From Myxococcota bacterium (GTDB lineage: Bacteria > Myxococcota_A > UBA9042 > PHBI01 > JAWLBL01), in contig JAWLBL010000021.1 of NCBI GenBank assembly GCA_041687695.1, positions 1-64,000 of the forward strand: a stretch of DNA of 64,000 nt, given 5' to 3'. Below the pieces are notes generated by a model. The model was not told the DNA's origin and ran no database searches. It saw only the letters and a list, made by a program, of their open reading frames with translations. The translations under genes were made by a program, and so were the position numbers. Below, piece after piece: positions 56,619-64,000 of this stretch. The first letter of the stretch is position 1, and the number at the start of each line of letters is the position of its first letter.

Positions 56619-59600
56619 TCGGGTACTTCGCGAGGCACCAGACCGGCGCGACGCTGCTGATGCTGGTCTTCATCGCGCTCGGCGTGCTGGCGCTGCCCAA
56701 GCTGCAGCGCGAGATCTACCCGACGTTCGAGTCCTCGACCATCCGCGTGTCGGCCCGCTACGCCGGCGCCCCGGCCGAGGTCGTCGACGACGCGGTGACC
56801 CAGCGCCTGTTCGCCGCCCTCGCCGGTCTCGAGGGCGTCACGCGCATCGACTCGCGCTCGAGCGAGGGCAGCGCGTCCCTGTCGCTCGAGGTCGACCCCG
56901 AGGCCGACTTCGACGCGCTGCTCGAAGAGGCGGAGGCCGCCGTCGCCACCGTCCGCGACCTGCCCGACGAGGTCGACCCGCCGACCGTCAGCGGCACCCG
57001 CGGCGGCCGCGGCGCCTCGGTCGCGACGGTGGCCGTGACCGGCCCGATGTCCCCCCAGGACCTCAAGCTCTACTGCGAGCAGCTCAAGCGGGACCTCCTC
57101 CGCGGCGGCGTCGTCACCCAGGTGGCCATCGCCGGCTTCTCCACGCGCCGCCTGCGCGTCCGCGCCAACCAGCCCCTGCTCGTCCACCACGGCCTCACCC
57201 TCTCGGATCTGTCCAGCGCCATCGCCTCGCAGAGCCTCGACGCCCCCATCGGCACCCTCGAGGCCCTCGAAGGCGACCTCCTCATCCGCTACGCCGACAA
57301 GCACACCACCCCCGAGGCCCTCTCCGACGTCGTCGTCAAGAGCACCGCCACCGGCGGCCTCGTGCGCCTCGGCGACGTGGCCACCGTCGAGGACGCCTTC
57401 GCCAACGACGCCGAGCAGACCTGGTTCAACGGCCAGCGCGCCGGGCTCCTCAACGTCAGCAAGACCACGACCCAGGACAGCCTCACCGTCCTCGCGGCGG
57501 TCGAGGCCTTCATCGAAGACCAGGCCGACCGCAAGCCCACCGGCGTCACCCTGACCCTCACCAGCGACGAGGTCTCGGTCATCTCCGACCGCCTCGCCCT
57601 GCTCGTCGACAACGGCCTGCAGGGCCTGGTCCTCGTCTTCGTGACCCTGTGGCTCTTCTTCGGCTGGCGCATGGCCTTCTGGGTCGCCGCCAGCCTGCCG
57701 GTGTCGTTCCTCGGCGCCCTGTGGGTCATGACCGAGCTCGGCCAGACGCTCAACATGATGACCGCGATGGGCCTGCTCATCGCCCTGGGCCTGCTCATGG
57801 ACGACGGCATCGTCCTCGCCGACAGCGTCGCCGCCCACCTCCAGCGCGGCAAATCCCCCATGCGCGCCGCCGTCGAGGGCGTCCGCGAGGTCGCCGGCGG
57901 CGTCTTCTCGTCCTTCCTCACGACAATCTGCATCTTCGTCCCGCTGTCGAACATCGAGGGCCAGATCGGCCGCACCCTGCAGGTCATCCCGGTCGCCCTC
58001 ATCACCGTGCTCGCCGTCAGCCTCCTCGAGGCCTTCTTCATCCTGCCGAGCCACCTCGGCCACGCCATCCGCTCGCCCGCGACCCACCCACCGGGCCGCT
58101 TCCGCCGCGCCTTCGACGCGCGCTTCTCCTGGCTCCGCGACCGCCTGGTCGACCGCGCCGTCGACCTCGGCCTGCGCTACCGCTACTTCACCACCGGCGC
58201 CCTCATCGCCGTCACCATCGCCTCGGTCGGCATGATCACCTCGGGGCACCTCAAGTTCAGCAGCTTCCCCTCGGCCGAGGGCGACCTCGTCCAGTTCAAG
58301 CTCGAGCTGCCCCCCGGCACCCCCCTCGAGGACACCCAGCGAATCGTCGACGGCGTCGTCGCCGCCGCCTGGCGCGCCTCCGAGGCCTTCGCCGCCGACC
58401 AACCCGACGGCGCCCCCCTCGTCCGCAACGCCTCGGTCCGCTACAACCACAACCCCGACGTCGACGAGACCGGCCCCCACGTCGCCACCGTCTCCATCGA
58501 CCTGCTCTCGGTCGAGGTCCGCGGCACCACCCTCGCCGACTTCACCGCCGCCTGGCGCGACGAGGCCGGCGACATCCCGCGCGCCGTCACCGCCACCTAC
58601 GGCGCCGGCGGCCGCCGCGGGCCGCGCCGCGCCGCCCTCGAGGTCCGCATCGAGGGCGAGGATCTCGACCGGATGAGCGAGGTCTCCGAAGAGATCCGCG
58701 CCTGGCTGTCCCAGTTCGAGGGCGTCAACGACGTCGCCGACGACCTGCAGCCGGGCGGCTCCCAGGTCTCGGTGCGCCTGCGCGGCGACGCCGGCGCCAT
58801 GTCCCTCACCGGCGCCGCGGTGGCCTCCCAGCTCCGCGCGGCCCTGGCCGGCCTCACGGTCGAGAGCCTCTTCGACCGCGGCGAGGCCTACGAGCTGTTC
58901 GTCGAGCTGCACCACGGCTACCGCGACAGCGTCGCCGACCTCGAGCACTTCCCCATCCGCCTGCCGGCCGGCGGCTCCGTGCCCCTGGGCGCCATCGCGC
59001 ACGTCACCACCGACCAGAGCTTCGCCCGCATCACCCGCGTCAACGGCGCCCGCACGGTCACCGTCCGCGCCGGGGTCGACGACCAGGTCGTCAACGCTGC
59101 CGAGCTGGCGCGCCGCTTCGCCCAGGACGTCGCCCCCGACCTCGAGTCCCGCTTCGGCGACGTCCGCCTGGTCCTCGGCGGCGAGATCGAGCAGTCGGCG
59201 CAGACCCTCGGCTCGATGGGCCGCGGCTTCATCCTCGGCCTGCTCGGCATCTTCGTCCTGCTCAGCCTGCAGTTCCGCACCTACCTCGAACCGGTCCTGG
59301 TCATGCTGGCCGTCCCCTTCGCCGTCATCGGCGTCGTCTGGGGCCTCACCCTCATCGGCTCGCCCCTGACCACCCAGGGCATCCTCGGCTTCATCTCCCT
59401 GGCCGGCGTCGTGGTCAACGACTCCATCCTGCTCATCTCCTTCATCAAGTCCCACCGCCGCGCCGGCGTCTCTGCCGCCCAGGCCGCCGCCTCCGCCAGC
59501 CGCGACCGCTTCCGCGCCGTGCTCCTGACCAGCCTCACCACCGTCGTCGGCCTGGTCCCGCTGACCTTCGAGACCAGCCGCCAGGCTCAGGAGCTCATCC

Positions 59601-59785
59601 CCATGGCGACCGCCATCATCTTCGGCATCACCTCCTCGACGCTCCTCATCCTCTTCGGCCTCCCCGCCATCTACGTCGTCCTGTCGGACCTCGGCCTCAT
59701 CGGCGCCCCGCCGCACGACGCCGACGCCGAGCACGACGCCCTCGCCCCCACCGCCCCTGGTGCGGAGGTCCGCCAGGCCTCCTGA
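56615..59785 (+). CDS. RND efflux permease (AcrB/AcrD/AcrF family)
   Basis: YAGAPAE.V, GLLMDDGIV, AGVVVNDSI and RFRAVLLTSLTT..GL.PL; ATGA coupling. Confidence 0.95.
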   Translation: MIGYFARHQTGATLLMLVFIALGVLALPKLQREIYPTFESSTIRVSARYAGAPAEVVDDAVTQRLFAALAGLEGVTRIDSRSSEGSASLSLEVDPEADFDALLEEAEAAVATVRDLPDEVDPPTVSGTRGGRGASVATVAVTGPMSPQDLKLYCEQLKRDLLRGGVVTQVAIAGFSTRRLRVRANQPLLVHHGLTLSDLSSAIASQSLDAPIGTLEALEGDLLIRYADKHTTPEALSDVVVKSTATGGLVRLGDVATVEDAFANDAEQTWFNGQRAGLLNVSKTTTQDSLTVLAAVEAFIEDQADRKPTGVTLTLTSDEVSVISDRLALLVDNGLQGLVLVFVTLWLFFGWRMAFWVAASLPVSFLGALWVMTELGQTLNMMTAMGLLIALGLLMDDGIVLADSVAAHLQRGKSPMRAAVEGVREVAGGVFSSFLTTICIFVPLSNIEGQIGRTLQVIPVALITVLAVSLLEAFFILPSHLGHAIRSPATHPPGRFRRAFDARFSWLRDRLVDRAVDLGLRYRYFTTGALIAVTIASVGMITSGHLKFSSFPSAEGDLVQFKLELPPGTPLEDTQRIVDGVVAAAWRASEAFAADQPDGAPLVRNASVRYNHNPDVDETGPHVATVSIDLLSVEVRGTTLADFTAAWRDEAGDIPRAVTATYGAGGRRGPRRAALEVRIEGEDLDRMSEVSEEIRAWLSQFEGVNDVADDLQPGGSQVSVRLRGDAGAMSLTGAAVASQLRAALAGLTVESLFDRGEAYELFVELHHGYRDSVADLEHFPIRLPAGGSVPLGAIAHVTTDQSFARITRVNGARTVTVRAGVDDQVVNAAELARRFAQDVAPDLESRFGDVRLVLGGEIEQSAQTLGSMGRGFILGLLGIFVLLSLQFRTYLEPVLVMLAVPFAVIGVVWGLTLIGSPLTTQGILGFISLAGVVVNDSILLISFIKSHRRAGVSAAQAAASASRDRFRAVLLTSLTTVVGLVPLTFETSRQAQELIPMATAIIFGITSSTLLILFGLPAIYVVLSDLGLIGAPPHDADAEHDALAPTAPGAEVRQAS

Positions 59786-59858
59786 CCCCTGTCTTCACGA
59801 CATGGAGAGTGACGAGTCCCGACCCCAACGCTCGGTCGAGGCCAAGTCGCACGGGCTT

Positions 59859-59993
59859 GGGCCATCGATGGCTCTAAAGGCGATGTCGACAAGGCGTTCG
59901 GGCCAACGATGGCTCCAAAGGCGATGTCGACAAGGCGTTCGGGGCCATCGATGGCTCCAAAGGCGATGTCGCGAAGGCGTTCGGGGCCAACGA
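59859..59993. repeat. Intergenic tandem repeat, about 3.2 copies of 41-42 bp
   Basis: GGGCCA(T/A)CGATGGCTC(T/C)AAAGGCGATGTCG(AC/CG)AAGGCGTTC starts at 59859, 59900 and 59942, with a partial copy at 59984. Confidence 0.93.
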
Positions 59994-60352
59994 CGACGAG
60001 CTGCCCGACTCGGCCCCGCTCATCGAAGGCGTCGAGGGCGACATCGGGAGACGACGAGGTCCCCGCCGAGGCCGGCCCGGTCGGTGACGGGCAGGACCCC
60101 GCGACGGCCGCCGACGAGGTGCTGTTCGACGCCAACGAGTGATCGGCGCTCCGCCTTCACGGCCCCTGGACCACGGTCACCAGCGGTCCCGGCGACGCGT
60201 CGAGGAACTCCACGACGAGGCGAAATGCCAGGAAATTCGCCGCACCACCACCCAAAGAATGCCAATCGGCCACCTTTTCCCGGGGATCGGGTTGTGGTCG
60301 CGGGATCCGAGCCCGTATCATGCGGCATTCCGACCACCGGGAGGGCGGCGAC

Positions 60353-63300
60353 ATGACGCGTGGACGCCTTTGGGGCGCCTTCACGGGCGCTATCTTGCTC
60401 ATTGGCGCCTGCGGCGGCGACCCTGCCGGCCCGTCCCACTCGGGCGAAGACGCCGCGCGGGACGCGACCCACGACGCTTCGACCGATGGAGGCGCCGAGA
60501 TCCAGCCCGGCACGCCGGAGGACCGATTCATCGTGGGTGGCGTGGCCTCCGGGGTGAGCGGCGGCGGGCTCGTGCTCGCCCTCGGCCAGGACACGGTCCC
60601 CATCGCGTCCAATGGACCGTTCACGTTCCCCGGCGCCCTCGAGGCCGGCGCCTCGTACGACGTCACGGTCGCGAGCCGCCCCTCGGCGCCTTCCCAGTCG
60701 TGCACGGTCACGGGCGGCACCGGCGTCATCGAGACGCACGTCACCGGGATCCGCGTCGACTGCGTCACCGATTCGTTCACCGTCGGCGGCACGATCAGCG
60801 GCACCAAGGCCCCTGGGCTCACGCTCTCGCTCAACGGCGCCGAGTCCCTCGCCCCTCCGGGCGACGGGCCGTTCACCTTTCCGACCCCGCTCGTCGACGG
60901 CGCGACCTTCCTCGTCACGGTCTCCAGCCACCCACCGGACCAGCTCTGCGGGGTCGCCAAGGGGGCCGGCGCCCTCGCGGGCGCGAATGTGACCCAGGTC
61001 ACGGTGACGTGCGCCGACGCCACCCTGACGCCGGGCGGCTTCCCCGTCGGCGGCACCGTCGAGGGCCTCGCCGGGCAGCTGACGCTCGTCCTCAACGGCT
61101 CGGAGTACGCCTACCTCACCGTCAACGGGCCCTTCGCCTTCGAACAGGGCCTCGCCGACGGCGCTCCGTACGCCGTCACGGTAGCGAACCAGCCCCAGGG
61201 TCAGCTCTGCGCCGTCGCCAACGGCGCGGGCAGCATCCCCGGCGCAGCGGTCACCGACGTCGCCGTCACGTGCGCCTCCCAGACCGTCACCGTCGGCGGG
61301 ACCGTCACGGGCCTCTCCGGCGCCGGCCTCGTCCTCCTCAATGGCGGCGCCGACCCGCTCCCCGTCACGGGCGACGGCCCGTTCACCTTCGCCGGGCCGG
61401 TCCCGACGGGCGCCTACTACGCCGTCACCGTCGCCACGCAGCCCACCGCCCCCCGCCAGACCTGCGCCGTCGCCGCCGGCTCGGGTTCGGCCGAGACCGA
61501 TGTCACCGACGTCGGGGTCACCTGCGTGACCGACACGTTCTCGGTCGGCGGCACCATCGAGGGGCACACCGGCGACGTGGTCCTCCGCCTCGGCGACGGC
61601 GATCCGCTCACCCTGAGCAAGTCCGCGAAGACCTTCACCTTCCCGACCAAGCTCGACGACCACTCTCCGTTCGAGGTCACCCTCGACACCGCCCCGGCCG
61701 GGCAGGTCTGCACCCTCGAAGGCGGCGCCGGCACGCTCGCGGGCGCCAACGTCACCTCGGTCGCCGTCACCTGCGCCAAAGAGGTCGTCACATGCGACCC
61801 CGAAGCCGACCGCGTCGCTCCCCCACGGCGCGTCGCCAGCGGTCCGGGGCACACCCTCTTCGCCGACGCCTCCGGCGCGCTCTGGGCGTGGGGCGACAAC
61901 ACCAGCGGCCAGCTCGGCCTCGGCCTCACTGGAGGGACGCTCCCCGCGCCTCTTCCGGTCGGCCTGACGGGCGTCGTCGAGGTCGCCGCGGGCGATCATC
62001 ACAGCCTCGCCCTCCTCGCCGACGGGACGGTCCGCGCGTTTGGCGGCAACGGCTCGAACCAGCTCGGCCTGCCAGGGCTCGCCCCCAAGACGGTCGACGA
62101 GCCGCTCGCCGTCCCGAACGTCGAGGGCATCGTCGCCATCGCCGCCGGCGCCAGCCACAGCCTCGCCCTCCGCGCCGACGGCCGCGTGGTCTCGTGGGGG
62201 CACAACGGCTACGGGCAGCTCGGGACCGGCTCGACGGCCGACTCCGGCTACCCGGTCGAGGGCGAGGTGCCCGGCCTCGAGGACATCGTCGCCATCCACG
62301 CGGGCGGCTACCACAGCCTGGCCCTCCGCGCCGACGGGACCCTCTTCGCCTGGGGCGACAACGGCACGAGCGACCTCCTCGCGGCGGGCTGCGCGGGCTG
62401 CCCCGACGCCTTCCTGCCGGTGGAGTCGACCGCGGCCCCCTGCGTGCGCAGGATGGCGCCGCGAAGCAACGCGAACCTCTTTCTGCGCGACGACGGCGTT
62501 CTCGTCGGCGGCAGCGGCCTCAAGCCGATCCCCCTCCCGGAGTCGCCGGTCACCGCCATCGCGACCACCGACAACGCGTTCTACCTCCTCACCGCCGACG
62601 GCGTCGTGCATCACACCACCGGTTCGGCGCCGACCCCCGTCGCCGGGCTCCCGCCCGCCTCGGTCCTCTTTGCCGGCCGGGTCGTCATCGCCACGCTCGA
62701 CCCCGACGGCCACCCATGGACGTTCGGAGGCAACCACAAGGGCCAGCTCGGCCGCGGACACGTCAGCGCGGTGGACGCCGGCGTCCCGGAGCCGGTCGCC
62801 CGCCGGTCGCGGAGCGTCGCCCTCGCCTCCGGTTTCCAGACCACGGCGGCTCTGCGCGCCGACGGCAGCGTCTGGCTCTTTGGCAAGAGCATCGCCACGC
62901 CGACCGCGGCGACCGGCCTCGCGCGGGTCCCCGGGCTGACCGGCGCCGTCGAGGTGGCCGTCGCCGCGAGCCACCTCCTCGCCCGCCGCGCGGACGGGTC
63001 GGTCTGGGTCTACGGGCAGAACGTCAACGGCGTCTACGGGACGGGCTCGACCTCCACCTCGGGCCCCTATGTCCCCGTCCAGGCGACGACCCTCGCGGGC
63101 GTGAACGTCGTCGCGGTCTCGACCCGCCAGAAGTTCAACCTCGCCCTCGACGACGCGGGGAACGTCTGGTGCTGGGGCAACAACGACGCGGGCCAGTGCG
63201 CCACCGGCGCGACCAGCACCACCGTCTCGACCGCGACGAAGATCGCCGGGCTCAGCGGCGTCACGGCCATCTCGGCCGGCGACTTCCACGCCCTCGCGGT

Positions 63301-64000
63301 GACCTCCGACGGCCAGGTCTGGGGCTGGGGCAGCACCTCTTACGGGCGCCTCGCCGGGCTTCCGTCCGGGAACGTGCAGACGACGCCGGTCGCGCTCCAG
63401 GGCGGCGACGGCCAACCGATCTCGGGCGTCGGCGCGGTCGCCGCCGGAGACACGGCCAGCTTCGCGCTGACCACCGACGGGCGCATCCTCGCCTGGGGCA
63501 CGGCCGACAAGGGTGCGCTCGCCAGCCCGCTCCTCACCGGGGTCGTCACCACGCCGGTCGTCGTCCTCCACCCGACCGCGGCCCCCGACCCGCTCACCGG
63601 CGTCGAGGCCGTCTTCGCGGCCGGGCGCGGAGGCGCCGCGCTGCTCTCCGGCGGTGAGGTCCTCGCCTGGGGCGACGTCCCGGGCTTCGGTCCCGTCCCG
63701 GCGGCCCCCCCGGGCCTGCCGCTCGCCGCGGGGCTCACCTCGGGGTGGCGGCACATGGCGGCCCTCGACGCCGACGGTGCCATCTGGGCCTGGGGCGACA
63801 ACACCGCGGCGCAGCTCGGCGGCGACAAGGCGGATGAGGCCGCCGCGGTCGTCCGCGCCTGGAACGCGGGCCTGCCAGGCTGCGAGTCCGACGCCGCCTG
63901 CAGCCAGCCCGACCAGCCGCTCTGCGACGTCCCCTCGGGGCGCTGCGTCGGCTGCCTCTCGGGCGCCGACTGCGCCAGCACGGACGCGCCCATCTGCCTC
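60353..64000 (+). CDS. Large surface lipoprotein with five ~80-aa Ig-like repeats, RCC1/BLIP-II repeats and a Cys-rich region; 3' end lies outside the window
   Basis: Hand translation: MTRGRLWGAFTGAILLIGAC, then repeats of VGGT..G....L.L...GPFTF...V.V...P..Q.C.V..G.G...VT.V.VTC, then H.LAL..DG.V..WG.N..GQLG repeats. It is absent from the ORF track because it has no stop in the window. Confidence 0.9.
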   Translation, partial: MTRGRLWGAFTGAILLIGACGGDPAGPSHSGEDAARDATHDASTDGGAEIQPGTPEDRFIVGGVASGVSGGGLVLALGQDTVPIASNGPFTFPGALEAGASYDVTVASRPSAPSQSCTVTGGTGVIETHVTGIRVDCVTDSFTVGGTISGTKAPGLTLSLNGAESLAPPGDGPFTFPTPLVDGATFLVTVSSHPPDQLCGVAKGAGALAGANVTQVTVTCADATLTPGGFPVGGTVEGLAGQLTLVLNGSEYAYLTVNGPFAFEQGLADGAPYAVTVANQPQGQLCAVANGAGSIPGAAVTDVAVTCASQTVTVGGTVTGLSGAGLVLLNGGADPLPVTGDGPFTFAGPVPTGAYYAVTVATQPTAPRQTCAVAAGSGSAETDVTDVGVTCVTDTFSVGGTIEGHTGDVVLRLGDGDPLTLSKSAKTFTFPTKLDDHSPFEVTLDTAPAGQVCTLEGGAGTLAGANVTSVAVTCAKEVVTCDPEADRVAPPRRVASGPGHTLFADASGALWAWGDNTSGQLGLGLTGGTLPAPLPVGLTGVVEVAAGDHHSLALLADGTVRAFGGNGSNQLGLPGLAPKTVDEPLAVPNVEGIVAIAAGASHSLALRADGRVVSWGHNGYGQLGTGSTADSGYPVEGEVPGLEDIVAIHAGGYHSLALRADGTLFAWGDNGTSDLLAAGCAGCPDAFLPVESTAAPCVRRMAPRSNANLFLRDDGVLVGGSGLKPIPLPESPVTAIATTDNAFYLLTADGVVHHTTGSAPTPVAGLPPASVLFAGRVVIATLDPDGHPWTFGGNHKGQLGRGHVSAVDAGVPEPVARRSRSVALASGFQTTAALRADGSVWLFGKSIATPTAATGLARVPGLTGAVEVAVAASHLLARRADGSVWVYGQNVNGVYGTGSTSTSGPYVPVQATTLAGVNVVAVSTRQKFNLALDDAGNVWCWGNNDAGQCATGATSTTVSTATKIAGLSGVTAISAGDFHALAVTSDGQVWGWGSTSYGRLAGLPSGNVQTTPVALQGGDGQPISGVGAVAAGDTASFALTTDGRILAWGTADKGALASPLLTGVVTTPVVVLHPTAAPDPLTGVEAVFAAGRGGAALLSGGEVLAWGDVPGFGPVPAAPPGLPLAAGLTSGWRHMAALDADGAIWAWGDNTAAQLGGDKADEAAAVVRAWNAGLPGCESDAACSQPDQPLCDVPSGRCVGCLSGADCASTDAPICL

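Noticed and set aside
55424..59734. 1436-aa minus-strand ORF and similar long alternative ORFs (e.g. 23910-27287, 32416-35580, 36587-39988, 60020-63754)
   Set aside because: These are antisense or off-frame shadows of real genes, expected at this GC content, and carry no family motifs.
59859..59993. CRISPR array
   Set aside because: The units are contiguous with no unique spacers, and no cas genes are present.

Overview
A very GC-rich bacterial chromosomal window. It is most likely from the Myxococcota, based on a MYXO-CTERM-like tail, Cys-rich repeats, many lipoproteins with acidic linkers, and a STAND-TPR-wHTH protein. It carries about 47 genes with no rRNA, tRNA, CRISPR array or intact prophage. 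Recognisable genes include an SDR, mutY, an alkC-like glycosylase, a TPAT/TRAP operon, a KaiC-like ATPase with a response regulator, a penicillin acylase family protein, a Uma2 protein, a Phd/VapC toxin-antitoxin pair, an SSS symporter and an RND pump. A large Ig-repeat/RCC1 lipoprotein runs off the right end and is missing from the ORF track. The most striking feature is a complete prokaryotic pentameric ligand-gated ion channel subunit with a family-5 ABC substrate-binding domain fused after M4 (27035-29479), with no ABC transporter genes nearby. Also notable are an orphan, highly diverged contractile tail-sheath homologue and a stack of truncated HUH/RAYT-like element ends at the left edge. 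A dispersed double-hairpin REP-like repeat, a surface peptidyl-arginine/agmatine deiminase on a Cys-rich stalk, and kb-scale G/C skew blocks that ignore gene orientation are also present. All calls come from reading motifs by eye; no searches were run.
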